DNA of 60,159 bases, filler included, from Sanchytrium tribonematis (taxonomy: Eukaryota), in NCBI GenBank assembly GCA_018985235.1. It is 9 parts of 9 records of this genome, joined end to end, with 100 filler letters (N's around TTAATTAATTAA, not from the genome) between each part and the next. Parts side by side here need not be neighbours in the genome. Positions count along the whole stretch, not along the records: positions 20,252 to 26,849 come from JADGIG010000512.1; positions 26,950 to 33,536 come from JADGIG010000513.1; positions 33,637 to 40,213 come from JADGIG010000514.1; 6 more parts are not named here. The stretch is one strand, 5' to 3'. Positions 23,502 to 35,948 of this stretch are shown piece by piece. Below the pieces are notes generated by a model. That model did not search any database. It saw nothing but the letters and a program-made list of their open reading frames with translations, and was not told the DNA's origin. The translations under genes and the position numbers were made by a program. How positions within the stretch are numbered: the first letter of the stretch is position 1; the number at the start of each line of letters is the position of its first letter.

Positions 23502-26500
23502 ATGGAGTCTTTAATCCCATATTATTTGCAGTCAAAAGGTCTAGTTCGGCAGCACATAGATTCATTTGATTACTTTGTAGACGTTGAGATGAAAAAATTA
23601 TTACATTCTAATGAGAAAATATTAAGTGATGTCGATCAACATTTTTACATTAAATTCACAAATATATTTATTGGCAAACCTGAAGGGCAAGAGCAGTATT
23701 CCAACCACACTTTAACACCGCATGAATGTAGGCTGAGAGACCTAACGTACAGCGCATCTATTTTTGTGGATATTGAATATACTAGAGGTAACCAAATTGT
23801 TAAGAGAAAAGGAATTCCAATTGGAAAATTGCCTATAATGTTGAAATCAAAAAAATGTGTGCTTTTTAAAAAGTCTGATAAGGAGTTGGCTTCCTTGATG
23901 GAATGTCCCTTAGATCCAGCTGGCTATTTTGTTGTCAAAGGCGTGGAAAAAGTAATATTAATTCAAGAACAATTAAGCAAGAACAGAATCATTCTAGAAA
24001 AAGATAAATATGGAATAGTTGCTAACGTTACTTCGTCCTCTATCGAACGTAAAACAAAGACTTATGTATATTCGAAAAATAATAAGATCTATTTAAAGCA
24101 AAATTGCTTTTTGGAAGATATTCCTGTGGTCATGATATTTAAGGCGATGGGGTTGACAAGTGATAACGAAATTTGTGGTCTTGTTGCAGGTACCGATCAT
24201 AAGATCATGGAAATGTTTTCGCCTTCTATCGAAGAAGCGGCGCTTTTGAAAATTTACAACCAGAGAGAGGCTTTGTTGTACATAGGTAATAAGATCCGAT
24301 CTATCCGTGGCTCTGTTGATAGGACACCAGAGTCCAAAATTGAGGAGGCAATGGATATACTGGGCTCTGTTGTTTTATCTCATATTGAAGTGGAAAAGAC
24401 CAATTACAGATTAAAATGTATATATACAGCAATTATGTGTCGCAGGGTAATACTTGCTACTGATGAAACTCAAAATGTTGACGATAGAGACTTTATTGGG
24501 AACAAGAGATTGGAACTTGCGGGAAGTTTAATGTCGATTTTGTTTGAAGACTTATTTAAAAAGTTTTGCACAGAATTAAAGGTAGATATCGACAGGCATT
24601 TAAAAAGAAAATCGAAATCAGTATTTGATGCATACTCTTGTTTAAGAATGCATAGCGATACAATAACTACAGGATTTATTAGAGCCTTGAGCACAGGAAA
24701 TTGGTCATTGAAACGATTTAGAATGGAAAGATCTGGTGTTACTCAAGTGCTAACCCGTTTATCTTATATTTCTGCTTTAGGCATGATGACAAGAATCAAT
24801 TCTCAATTTGAAAAAACAAGGAAAGTAAGCGGCCCCAGAGCTTTGCAACCATCCCAAATTGGTGTGTTTTGTCCAGCAGATACGCCAGAGGGCGAAAGTT
24901 GTGGTTTGGTGAAGAACCTGGCACTATTGACACATGTTACTAATGATCTGGATCCTGAAAACATCAGAACTTTGACCTTTTCTCTTGGATTAGAAGACGT
25001 AAACACCATTTCCGGAGAATCAATTTATGCAGAAAATACCTGGATGGTGTTTTTAAACGGAGTCATTCTAGGAATTACCAAATTTCCTGAATTATTTTTA
25101 AGTAGATTCAGAAAAATTAGGAGGCAGCGTAGAATCTCAGAATTTGTAAGTATAAATAAGCAAGAAAAGCATAAATCAATTCAAATCTCTAGTGATGGTG
25201 GAAGAGTGTGTCGACCATTACTGATTGTAGAAAATGGTCGGCCACTTGTGACCAACGAACACATAAAATCGCTTCAAAATGGACTTTTATGTTTTGAAGA
25301 CTTACTCAAGCTTGGTCTTATAGAATACCTGGATGTCAATGAAGAGAATGACTGCTATATTGCTTTTTACCAAAAAGATCTTACTTTTGAGCACACTCAC
25401 CTAGAAATTGAACCATTTACAATCTTAGGAGCAGTTGCTGGACTCATACCATATCCACATCATAACCAAAGTCCGCGAAACACTTATCAATGCGCTATGG
25501 GAAAACAAGCACAAGGGTTTATTGGGTATAACATGCTTCATAGAATCGACACTCTTCTTTATATGCTAGTGTATTCACAGAAGCCCATGGTAAAATCTAA
25601 AACAATTGATTACATAGGCTACGATAATCTACCAGCTGGTCATAATGCTATAGTTGCAGTTATGAGTTATTCTGGTTATGATATTGAGGATGCGCTTATT
25701 CTAAACAAAGCCTCATTAGATAGAGGATTTGGAAGAGTAGTTGTTTACAAAAAAGCTGTGGCTCAAATTAAAACATATCCAAATGGAACTACTGACAGAT
25801 TGGCACCAGCCCCGAGTGGTGAAAGTCTTAAGTCTGACAAATTTTTCAATCTGGAAAGCGATGGCCTAGCTGCAGTAGGTGAAATCGTACAACCTGGAAG
25901 TGTCATGATTAATCTACAGACTCCTGTTGTGGTTGATCAAGATTCTAAATCTACTGAAGTGAAGTTTACATATAATAATTCTCCTATAAGTCTAAAGTCG
26001 GCAGTTCCTGTGGCAATAGATAAAGTTCTTTTAACAACCACCGAGGGTGGTCACAATTTAGTAAAAGTTCTTACTCGTCAAACGAGAAGACCCGAAATCG
26101 GTATTCAAAATTGATTTAGGAGATAAATTTTCCAGCAGACACGGTCAAAAAGGAGTGACTGGTCTTATTGTAAGTCAAGAAGATATGCCTTTTAATGACA
26201 ATGGGATTTGTCCCGATATTATCATGAATCCACACGGTTTTCCATCTCGTATGACTGTTGGCAAAATGATTGAGCTACTTGCAGGGAAAGCGGGACTACT
26301 ATGTGGTAAACAACAATATGGCACTGCGTTTGGGGGCTCTTCTGTCAAGGACATGTCTAAAATTTTAGTAGAGAATGGATATAGTTATAGCGGAAAAGAA
26401 TTTTTAACAAGTGGAATCAGTGGTGAACCGTTAGAAGCTTACATATTTTTTGGGCCCATTTATTATCAGAAATTAAAGCACATGGTTATGGATAAGATAC

Positions 26501-26838
26501 ATAGTCGTGCACGAGGACCAAGAACTGCTCTGACTAGACAACCCACAGAAGGAAGATCTCGAGATGGAGGTTTGCGGCTGGGGGAGATGGAAAGAGACTG
26601 CCTGATCGCATATGGCGCTTCCATGCTTATCTTGGAAAGATTAATGATTAGCAGCGATGCTTTCGAAGTCTTTATTTGTGGTGAATGCGGTTTGATTGCA
26701 TCTGAAGACTGGTGCAAATTTTGCTCCAGCTCATTAAATCTTCATCCTATGACAATGCCGTATGCTGCAAAGCTTTTATTCCAAGAGCTGCAAGCCATGA
26801 ACATAGTCCCTCGGCTACGATTACAAACCAATAAATAA
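23502..26838 (+). CDS. RPC2: RNA polymerase III second-largest subunit; intron 26101-26119
   Basis: [23 protein letters not shown]; splicing restores [29 protein letters not shown]. Confidence 0.97.
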
Positions 26839-26949
26839 ACTTTTTTAAANNNNNNNNNNNNNNNNNNNNNNNNNNNNNNNNNNNNNNNNNNNNTTAATTA
26901 ATTAANNNNNNNNNNNNNNNNNNNNNNNNNNNNNNNNNNNNNNNNNNNN

Positions 26950-28133
26950 GGTAGCTCTTTATTGCAAATGTCACAATAATATTGTTCCAAAGAAATTTGA
27001 TCTTGAGGTTGTGTATTTAAAACAAAATTGAATGAGGCAGCCTGTGATTTGGTAAAATTTGTGGCGGCGATATTAATACTTACATAAATTTGATCTTTAG
27101 GAATGACTGAATTCAGAATATTAGTCACACCTCTATTTAATTTTGCACAAGGGTGTTTGTCAGTCATCTTCACCGGCCAAGGAAAGGATTTGGACTTTCT
27201 CTTCCAAGTGTTCCTACCAAATAGCAGTCTTAAAGTTTTTGGCCACCTTTTATATACATTGTTTTCCATTTCCTGGTCTTGAATCAAATTAATTAAATGA
27301 CTACAGAGTTTATCAATAACCTGAGCCATGGTATTTCTAAAATAAGCGTCTTCCACTGATATTTGGGTAGATTCGATTGAAGATTCCAGAACTTTGGAAT
27401 CATCTTTTCCATTCATCAGGTCGTACAAATGACCGGATCTCGAACCAAGAATTTTAATAAATTCTTCTTTTGTATACAATAGCAAGAAATTTTCCACAGT
27501 GGTTGACTTTTCAGCCTTTTCAAATTTGCTCAAGCTTGACCTGCCGAAACCAGGAATCGCTCTGACTTTTTGACTTTTGACAAAATTTGTTCCATATTCG
27601 AGAGACATTGTAGTCTGTTGAAATGGCTTATGAAGATTTGAGCATAATTTGGCAAATAATTTACAATCTGAAATTCCAGCAGAAGTTGTGTATCCTAATT
27701 CTTTGAATAGCTTATGTCTTATCATGCAAACAGCATTAGAACCAAGCTGCAGTGAACTGGTTTCTCCATAATAATGACAACCTTCATTTGTGGAATCACA
27801 ATCAATTTCCAAGTCGTTGGATATATCTATAAAAAACTCGTCCATTCCACCTTTTTCCACAGTACCAAATTGTTGAAGAAATCTAAATATTTGTCTAGAG
27901 GCTTCTCTGTAACTATCAATATTGCTTCCATCAATAATTACCAGAGACGGAAATTTAGTAGTGGCCTCGTTTAGTGACATTGTCTTTTGGACGCCCAATC
28001 TTCTGGCTTCGTAATTGCATGTCACCATTAAAGTCCTCTGCTTGACGCCTATCGGTTTTCCTTTCAGATTTGGATTTTTAATTTCTTCGACTTGAGCATA
28101 GAAACAATCCAAATCGATGAGCGCAGTCACCAT
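26950..28133 (-). CDS. Y-family translesion DNA polymerase (iota/eta-like); 3' truncated
   Basis: IDLDCFYAQVEE, CNYEAR, MDEFFID, HKPFQQT; start of a UBZ-like CDIC at contig edge. Confidence 0.9.
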
Positions 28134-28185
28134 CAAAATTTGTGACGACAAATCTCCTGAACTTGGATCCTAAAAAATTTATTGC

Positions 28186-29643
28186 TTAAAGGTGTGGTGA
28201 GAATGCTGCAAAGTAGAACGCGCATCCTGATATTAGTCCAGCAACAGGCAAAGTGATGATCCATGAGAAAAAAGTCATCCCTAACATTTTCCAATTGATT
28301 GCTTTGAAAGTCCCATTACAGAGTCCAATAGCTGTTGTAGCACCAGTAATGCAATGGGTAGTTGATAATGGTACTCCCATTGCACTGGCAAATACTACAG
28401 TGAATGAAGTTGCCATTTCTGCACAAAATCCTCGAGAGGGACTAAGGTAAGTTATTTTGTGACCTAATGAACTGATAACAGCGTATCCAAGTGTAAATAG
28501 GCCAATGTCGATTGCGATGCCACCAAACGCTAGAAGCTCGAATGGTACTGGGACTTCATCTGGAACTTTGTTGTTTTTGTAAACATAGTATATTGTTGAA
28601 AGTGGGCCTATAGCATTTGATACATCATTGGAACCGTGTGCAATAGAGGCACAAATAGCAGTGAATACTTGAAGATAAGAATACATAGCTTCGGTTCTAC
28701 TTTCGAAGATTTCAGCACAGCCATGTACTTTTTCGATATGTTCATCTGTTTCCTTGACATCTTTTTTCACTCCGCTCAGCATCATATCCTTCATTTTGGC
28801 AAAAACACCGCCTTTTCTTCCGCTTTCCATATCTTTCATCTTTTTGGGCCTTGGAGGTTGATATGGGACTCTCCAAATGACAAACATATGATAAAATCTA
28901 AGGTCTTCGTCAAATTCAATTTTACGCACCATCCAAGGTACAAAGCAAAATTTTACAAAAGTAAATGCCAAAGCAGCCACACCCAAAGAAGCTCCCAGTT
29001 TTGATAGAATGGAAAGGTGAAACTTTTTAAAGAATCCACTTTCACTTATAATTAAAATAGTATTGACAAAGAAGGCTAATGCAAAATAAAATGGAACTGC
29101 TGCTTGAGCCCTTTCAAATGAGTTTTTGTGAATTAGAACGAATCCTCTTGTAGATAGAAACAAAAAGACAGCAACGAATCCACAAATGAAAGGTGCTAAA
29201 ACCCAAGAAATCACAATTTTACCGATGCCGCTTTCAAAGCTCCAATTAACAGCAGAAGGCCCAAAGCTTAGTAATACAGCACCAGACATAGCACCAATAA
29301 CAGCATGTGTACAAGATACGGTTAATCCAAATTTTGAAGCCGTAATTGTCCACACGGAGCTTCCAATCAATGAACAGCACATCGCTAGCATTAATAAGGG
29401 CGGATTGTATTCAAATAAATCATTGTTAACAATTCCGCTTATGGTTTTCGTTGTATTTGAGCCCAATAACACCGCTCCAAAAAATTCAGTAAAGCACGCG
29501 ATGATGCAGGCTTGCATCAGCGTAATTGATCCTGACCCTACACTAGTCGAAAAACTGTTCGATACGTCATTGCTTCCGATTCCATAAGCATCAGCAAAAG
29601 CAAGAATAAGTCCTAGTCCAAAAAGCCAGGAATATTCTTCCAT
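28186..29643 (-). CDS. PiT/SLC20-family phosphate transporter (Pho89-like)
   Basis: GSNDVSNSF and HGSNDVSNA signatures; PLSTTH. Confidence 0.95.
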   Translation of the reverse strand: MEEYSWLFGLGLILAFADAYGIGSNDVSNSFSTSVGSGSITLMQACIIACFTEFFGAVLLGSNTTKTISGIVNNDLFEYNPPLLMLAMCCSLIGSSVWTITASKFGLTVSCTHAVIGAMSGAVLLSFGPSAVNWSFESGIGKIVISWVLAPFICGFVAVFLFLSTRGFVLIHKNSFERAQAAVPFYFALAFFVNTILIISESGFFKKFHLSILSKLGASLGVAALAFTFVKFCFVPWMVRKIEFDEDLRFYHMFVIWRVPYQPPRPKKMKDMESGRKGGVFAKMKDMMLSGVKKDVKETDEHIEKVHGCAEIFESRTEAMYSYLQVFTAICASIAHGSNDVSNAIGPLSTIYYVYKNNKVPDEVPVPFELLAFGGIAIDIGLFTLGYAVISSLGHKITYLSPSRGFCAEMATSFTVVFASAMGVPLSTTHCITGATTAIGLCNGTFKAINWKMLGMTFFSWIITLPVAGLISGCAFYFAAFSPHL

Positions 29644-30092
29644 TGTACTGTTGGAAAACGTGTCTCTCCTTTCCGATTATCGGATATGTCCTTGATTGTT
29701 TGCGTGTAATATTGGTGCGCCCCCGTCGTTATCGCCAACATTCTTTAAGGTATAATCAAATTATTTTATTTGAATTAACTTTCGACAATACGGTTTTTAT
29801 TAAAAGGGGATTTTAGTACTTTAAAATATGAACCAACTTAACAATCAGGTTTACTTGCAGTAATAAACCAAGTGATTAAGGGTCGCCTAAGCGTTCCTGA
29901 TTGATAAATGTTGTGATTAAATAGTTTTATTACTCCATAAATTTCAAGCTGAACAATCAAATGGATTTTTTTTCCTTTTCAAATATTCAAAAGCATATTG
30001 AAATTTAGGATGTGATAACTAGACTAGGTGAGGCAATTGACTCTAAAGAATTTGATTTGAAATAGGAGCAGTTTAGCTATGGAAGATTTCAT

Positions 30093-30905
30093 TTATTTAA
30101 ATGAGTTCTTGAATTCGTAGTAATTAACATGAGCTTCTTTTATAGTTTCGAACAAGTTTTTATCCTTGTATCCAAATCCTGTCAAAAATTCAATCCATGC
30201 TCTATCATGATCCACATAATGTTCATAAATCCAAATATAACCATGTTGAAGATTGTCTGATGCACTAATTTGACTATCAGTCGGAGCTCCATAAGCATTG
30301 ATAATTGCCCATTTATCATTTTCACAATAGTTGCCATTGAAATTGATTTGAATCGTTTGGTGAGAATACAAAGCATTCAAGTCAGCCAATGCATCCTTAG
30401 AATATAAAGTAATCTTATTACGCATCAAATCAATTGCTTTTAAAGACGGAATAGCTTTGATCAGCTTCTGAAGAATTTGTAAATCATCTTCACAAAGTTG
30501 GTTGTTGCTGATGTCCAAAAACTCCAAATCGTTAATATCCAGTCTATTTGATTTACAGTAATCAACAATAACTCTGTGTATATCATTAAAGTAAATGCAT
30601 GAATCGTTAAAGTTTTCTAGAATGGATGAATGTACTTTACGTTGAAAATTGAGTCCGAATGAATTGCTTGATGTAAGCATTACAGGTGTTAAATCCGGTG
30701 CAAATAACTCTCTATTAAATTGTTTTGCTAAGTTGATATGTTTTGGAGCATAATATTTAGCCATATTTAAAAAATCTTCATCTGTATATTCAAAACAATT
30801 TTCAATTGTAACCTTATTAAAAGCACCTTTAAGCAAGACATCATACTTGTTGCTCTTTCGCATTTCGTTGAATCGTGTGGCAATGAATTCGTTACTGGGG
30901 TTCAT
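30093..30905 (-). CDS. Hypothetical protein with 2-3 RNI-like leucine-rich repeats
   Basis: LEFLDISNNQL, LKAIDLMRNKI, INFNGNY; first ATG at 30905. Confidence 0.7.
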   Translation of the reverse strand: MNPSNEFIATRFNEMRKSNKYDVLLKGAFNKVTIENCFEYTDEDFLNMAKYYAPKHINLAKQFNRELFAPDLTPVMLTSSNSFGLNFQRKVHSSILENFNDSCIYFNDIHRVIVDYCKSNRLDINDLEFLDISNNQLCEDDLQILQKLIKAIPSLKAIDLMRNKITLYSKDALADLNALYSHQTIQINFNGNYCENDKWAIINAYGAPTDSQISASDNLQHGYIWIYEHYVDHDRAWIEFLTGFGYKDKNLFETIKEAHVNYYEFKNSFK

Positions 30906-30912
30906 CAAACAA

Positions 30913-31767
30913 ATGTTTTGCCAGGGGTGTTGCGATCCATTATCTGCATTTGAACCAAGTGATGATATTAAGCTGATTATGCTTGAAATGCAGAAAAAAA
31001 TCAATTTTTCGATCAATCCGAAACTTTTCGAACTTGAGAAAAGTCAAAGGAAGAAGTGTAGTATAGTATTGGCCCGCTACCAAGTAAACACAACAGATAA
31101 ATGGTATCCTATCAACAAATTCTTCGTAGTAGGTGCTAAGAAGGAACAAAAGCATTATTTCAAAAATGAGTTACCTTTATTTCCAGATGTTTTTAAGAAG
31201 AATGGAATTGATCTCATGTTTCTTGCATTTGTCTTTAACTACTTGGATAGCAAGATACCAAAATTCCCCACTTGCAAGAACTTGTGTAAAATTCGCAATT
31301 GCCTTCATGTAGTGCGTGAGACATTAAAAAATGTGGCAGAGCAAGTTGGGATGAATCTAGAAAATGAATCATCGTCATCTTCTTCTGTAGATTCAATGGA
31401 TCATAAACTAGCAAACTTTAAAGAGTATTATTGGGAGCACTATGATGGTTCGAGTAAACGTGATAAACAAAAGATGAGAACAATCAATAATGATGGAGTC
31501 GAATTTAATAAAAAAGAAGGAGATCCAAATATAATCATTCAAAGTGAATATTTTCTACTATATCATTTATATAAAGAAAGCATTTTACCTGGTGTTAAAA
31601 ATCTCATGTTGGTCTCCAAATTAGACATTTGTGATTATTGCCTCACAATGTTTAAAAGATCTAATATGGCTCTATATGCGTCTTCAATTGAACCTGCTTT
31701 AAGGACCAACAAAATCTTTAATCGTGGATCGAAACGTGGAATTCATTATTGTAAATTATTAATCTGA
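30913..31767 (+). CDS. Hypothetical protein with C-terminal deaminase-fold-like motifs; start uncertain (30883, 30913 or 30979)
   Basis: QSEYFLL followed about 25 aa later by LVSKLDICDYC. Confidence 0.55.
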   Translation: MFCQGCCDPLSAFEPSDDIKLIMLEMQKKINFSINPKLFELEKSQRKKCSIVLARYQVNTTDKWYPINKFFVVGAKKEQKHYFKNELPLFPDVFKKNGIDLMFLAFVFNYLDSKIPKFPTCKNLCKIRNCLHVVRETLKNVAEQVGMNLENESSSSSSVDSMDHKLANFKEYYWEHYDGSSKRDKQKMRTINNDGVEFNKKEGDPNIIIQSEYFLLYHLYKESILPGVKNLMLVSKLDICDYCLTMFKRSNMALYASSIEPALRTNKIFNRGSKRGIHYCKLLI

Positions 31768-32058
31768 AATAAAATTTTAGTATTCATGTAAAATTCCCTT
31801 ATTCATCTAACAATTTAAAAATATGATCCTCAATTAGTTACGAATAGTATTGTGAAATAAATTGAGAATTCAAACTTTGGGTACACAATCATCCTAAATC
31901 ATTATTTTTTATAGCCCCATTAAGTAAAACAGGTACTGGGGTTGGTCTAGAATGTCATCTAACATGTAGAATTACTGGCCAATTATTTTTATGATTCATG
32001 TAATTTCAAAAACGGCGACGTGGTACCATAACTTAAAGAAATAATTTTTACTAGATAT

Positions 32059-33534
32059 TTAATTTTTCCTTTTCAAATATTCGAATGCATATTCATAAAC
32101 ATTGTATCTGTAGCTACCCATGCTATGCCTTACATAAGGAAAAACTTTCATTTCAACTTTCGCATGATTTCTGTAAACTTGTTGCAAAAAATCCAAGGTT
32201 TGCTGATAATGTACATTATCATCACTAGATCCATGCATCATTAAAACATTCTCGTTTGCCAGTTTGTGTACTTTAGCATTTTCATATCCCTCATTATTTT
32301 CCATCGGCATCCCCATATATCTTTCAGTATACATAGTGTCGTACAAGAGCCAATCTGTCACAGGAGCAACACAAACAATAGCATTGAACAAATGTTCCTT
32401 ATCATATTCTGCAATTTTAAGACCCAAATAACCACCGTAACTCCATCCAAAATAATTAACCGATTTTACATCTGCCAAATCTAAAAGATATTTGGCAAAA
32501 ATAAGCATTCCATTTGCTTCCTGCACACCCAATCGTCGATTGATTGAATATTTTTCATTTGCAAATGTTCCAGGACCATCTACAATATATACAATATAAT
32601 CTCTATTTACGACTTCAATGTGCATATGATCAATGTCATACTTATAAGATACTGACTGACTATCAGGTCCTTGATAGGGATGTATCAAAACAGGGTAAGC
32701 TTTTGAAAATGTATAATTTGATGGATAAAGCACATCCGCAAAAAATGTATGATTTTCTAATTTTATCACTTTACGGATTCGTTTTAATGTGCCATAATTG
32801 ACTTGAAAAGCATTCTCAGATAGTTTAAAATCATGCTTACAGTCGTAATCTCCCATGAGTGCGACTGTATCACTGTTCAAATCAAACACGCTATCGAATG
32901 GACAAAATGGGCCTTTGTATTGAACAACTAGTTGCGAGCAATCATTATTACCAGTAGCAGCAAAGTAGCCTACATCCGGTTCATAATGGTCCATTTCTTT
33001 GAAATGATGGAGGTAATTTTCAGTAATTCTTACATTGACGTTGTGAAGTAGATCGTATTTGTATAATTGATTTTGCAAAACGCCTAAAGAATCAATATTA
33101 GCTGCCAAAGTGCCACTGTAAATGACATGATTTTTGTTTGTACATATAATATTTCTAACTTGGATATCAGAAGTAAAGTCATTCAAGTTTCCAGATGAAT
33201 ATATCAAGTTGAATGGGTAAGTGAAAACTACAAGCACATGGTTGATAATATCAATCATATTCTCATTGTCTACTAGAAGCGTTTTATAGGGATTGGCTTC
33301 TATCCAAGGAGCTTCAAAACTTTTAAGATCTTCAGATGTATTTTTCAAAAGGTCATAAGATTTGTACAACAATTTGGATTGAACTCTATTAAATTCCTTG
33401 TAGATCAAGTATTGATTCAATTTAATGGTATCAGTGGGAAAAGCGCTGTCATCATAAGTAGTAATCTGAAATTTACTTCTATCTGCATCATGATAATAAA
33501 GATTTGCAATAGGATTTTTTGTACCGGGTCGAGG
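32059..33534 (-). CDS. Dipeptidyl peptidase IV family (S9B); 5' truncated
   Basis: PRPGTKNP, GWSYGG, YTERYMG, DDNVH. Confidence 0.93.
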   Translation of the reverse strand, partial: PRPGTKNPIANLYYHDADRSKFQITTYDDSAFPTDTIKLNQYLIYKEFNRVQSKLLYKSYDLLKNTSEDLKSFEAPWIEANPYKTLLVDNENMIDIINHVLVVFTYPFNLIYSSGNLNDFTSDIQVRNIICTNKNHVIYSGTLAANIDSLGVLQNQLYKYDLLHNVNVRITENYLHHFKEMDHYEPDVGYFAATGNNDCSQLVVQYKGPFCPFDSVFDLNSDTVALMGDYDCKHDFKLSENAFQVNYGTLKRIRKVIKLENHTFFADVLYPSNYTFSKAYPVLIHPYQGPDSQSVSYKYDIDHMHIEVVNRDYIVYIVDGPGTFANEKYSINRRLGVQEANGMLIFAKYLLDLADVKSVNYFGWSYGGYLGLKIAEYDKEHLFNAIVCVAPVTDWLLYDTMYTERYMGMPMENNEGYENAKVHKLANENVLMMHGSSDDNVHYQQTLDFLQQVYRNHAKVEMKVFPYVRHSMGSYRYNVYEYAFEYLKRKN

Positions 33535-33680
33535 ATNNNNNNNNNNNNNNNNNNNNNNNNNNNNNNNNNNNNNNNNNNNNTTAATTAATTAANNNNNNNN
33601 NNNNNNNNNNNNNNNNNNNNNNNNNNNNNNNNNNNNACTAGTTTATTTAGGACTATCAGGCGAACAAGTAAGCGCCTGGT

Positions 33681-34136
33681 TTACAAACAAGTTGGGACAC
33701 GTGGCAAATGCTGGGTCGGTGAATAATCCATTTGTTGTAGGAACGATCGGTCATTCCTTACAGTCGCAAAGAGCATTTGGTGCTCAGTTTTCTTCCAACA
33801 GCTCACTTTTACTTTTACATCTTGCAATACATGACAGACGAAAAACCCGATTCTCATCTTGGGTGGACCTCTCTTCACATAGAAATAACCATTATTACGT
33901 TGAGATAGATCAAAGACATTCTTTTGCTCACCATTTCCTAGTGTCAATTGTAAATTAGACTCAACGAGATTTAGTGTAGTAGACAATTGATGTCCACTGT
34001 TCTCAGTCCATGTCTCGGGCTTCCCGTCAGACCTCAAGTTTAGTACTGTACTCTGGCCATTATTGTAGTTGCATCTCAGTTCCAACTCATATGGTTTAAA
34101 CAAGTATGCATTCAATAGAAATAGCAAGTAGAACAT
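33681..34136 (-). CDS. Small putatively secreted hypothetical protein
   Basis: Short hydrophobic N-terminus MFYLLFLLNA. Confidence 0.55.
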   Translation of the reverse strand: MFYLLFLLNAYLFKPYELELRCNYNNGQSTVLNLRSDGKPETWTENSGHQLSTTLNLVESNLQLTLGNGEQKNVFDLSQRNNGYFYVKRGPPKMRIGFFVCHVLQDVKVKVSCWKKTEHQMLFATVRNDRSFLQQMDYSPTQHLPRVPTCL

Positions 34137-34391
34137 TTGTTACGGGGGATGATTCCCAAATTTGATTTTGTTGCATCCTGGTAGTACAAATTTGACCTTT
34201 TCCAATCATGATACTCTATTCATGTCTGTACGACCCACATGGTCACACCAATAGAAATTTCACATGTACAAATGTTTCAAGTTATTCTGGCAAATAAGTG
34301 GCAATAAATAGCCATTCATGAATATCTGCTACCAATTATCAATATTAATGGCAAATGAGTTGAAATAAATATAGTCTGATGAGTTATAATC

Positions 34392-35330
34392 ATGCATTTG
34401 AATTTACTTAATATTTTCAATCAATGTGTCCATCTTTATGGCAAATCACCTTTTATTCAATTATATGATACATATGGTGAATCGAATATGATTGTAAATG
34501 GGAGAGTATTTCAATGTCATGATTCTATTTCATTTGATGCGCTAATGCCAATATTGCAAATTATGGCTAAAAATGAAAATGAGAAACACGTATTGGAATA
34601 TAGATTAGCCCATTTTGCAGTATCTACTCCAGATCATACACCAGTACGCATTCAAATCAACCATGTAGATCAACTCTATGTCACCAATGAACAAGGGGAT
34701 TTTTCAGACACGATTTCCAATGCATCCAATTTGCAAATTACTAGTCAAAATACCACTTCATCCATTTATCCATTCCATAAATCACTCATTATCATCTCGG
34801 ATATTGATGATACCATTAAAATAGCCAATATTACCCATAAACAAGCAGCCATTCACAAATTATTCATTGAGCCATTTCAACCGTATTTGGATATGATTCC
34901 TATTTATCAACAATGGGCATCTTTTAGTCAATTCATTTACTTATCAGCTGGATTTAAACAATCATATGGCTTCATTAAACCTGATTTATTCAAATATTTC
35001 CCATTGGGTCCAATTATTTTAAGATCATTGGATATTAGTGAGATATTTGGATCTAGTTCTACGTATCAGTATAAATATAACAAGATTGTAGAGATATTAA
35101 GTGTGACTCATCAACAATTGGTATTAATTGGTGATTCTACTGAAATAGATGCTAAAATATACACAGATATTTACTTGAAATATCCCAATAGAATCTGTAG
35201 AATCATGATTAGAATTATTTATCAATGGCAAGTGGCTAAAGTATTGGATAGTGGGTATTTGGTACCCCCTAACAAGTTTCAAATATTTCATGAGGCTCAA
35301 GAATTGTATTTGAATAAATTGGATTGTTGA
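34392..35330 (+). CDS. App1-family phosphatidate phosphatase
   Basis: IISDIDDTIK, YLSA, LIGDSTEID. Confidence 0.85.
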   Translation: MHLNLLNIFNQCVHLYGKSPFIQLYDTYGESNMIVNGRVFQCHDSISFDALMPILQIMAKNENEKHVLEYRLAHFAVSTPDHTPVRIQINHVDQLYVTNEQGDFSDTISNASNLQITSQNTTSSIYPFHKSLIIISDIDDTIKIANITHKQAAIHKLFIEPFQPYLDMIPIYQQWASFSQFIYLSAGFKQSYGFIKPDLFKYFPLGPIILRSLDISEIFGSSSTYQYKYNKIVEILSVTHQQLVLIGDSTEIDAKIYTDIYLKYPNRICRIMIRIIYQWQVAKVLDSGYLVPPNKFQIFHEAQELYLNKLDC

Positions 35331-35466
35331 TTTGACCCTGTAATTGATTTAACCCTGATTGTCTGTTATTGGTGTGAATTAGGTTTGTTAAATGGGTGTG
35401 ATTGGGTATTAGGTCTAATTTGTCTAAATGGGTTGTTTAAAAAGAGGGATACGCAGTTTCATTATC

Positions 35467-35919
35467 ATGATCTTCACTACATTATTATTAGCCATTCCAA
35501 TGGAGCCTGGAAATTTTTTAAAACGAACTCGAAAAGGTATACCGCAAATGCCGTCTGCTGTGTCACCAGAAACTACTAGTGGTGATAATAGAAGTGGTGA
35601 TGATAGAGAAACGTTGCAGAGAGATTTAGATAATAGTGAAGTCCTGAATTTTCGTAATTTGGATGGATTGGTTAAAATTCCTGAGTTAACGCGAAAGGAT
35701 GCTTGGAACGGAAAAATGTTTGAGAGCTTTATGGAAAATGTAGATGTTAATCTAAATTTACCTAAAGAAACAGCATTTGATTTTGTAGCCACGCATGGCC
35801 TTGGAGCAGTTCCAGATCTTCCAGGTTATCATTCTGATACAGGAGAATTTGATTTGAATACAGACACAAAACCATCCAAACCAACAGATGCAAAACCAAG
35901 TGCACCAAGAGCACCCTGA
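35467..35919 (+). CDS. Small putatively secreted hypothetical protein
   Basis: MIFTTLLLA N-terminus followed by an acidic, Pro-rich body. Confidence 0.55.
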   Translation: MIFTTLLLAIPMEPGNFLKRTRKGIPQMPSAVSPETTSGDNRSGDDRETLQRDLDNSEVLNFRNLDGLVKIPELTRKDAWNGKMFESFMENVDVNLNLPKETAFDFVATHGLGAVPDLPGYHSDTGEFDLNTDTKPSKPTDAKPSAPRAP

Positions 35920-35948
35920 TCCGTTTACAATAAATTTCTACTTTTATT

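Noticed and set aside
21510..26838. DAHP synthase and RPC2 as frameshifted pseudogenes or programmed frameshifts
   Set aside because: A 19-nt GT-AG intron restores the conserved sequence exactly in each
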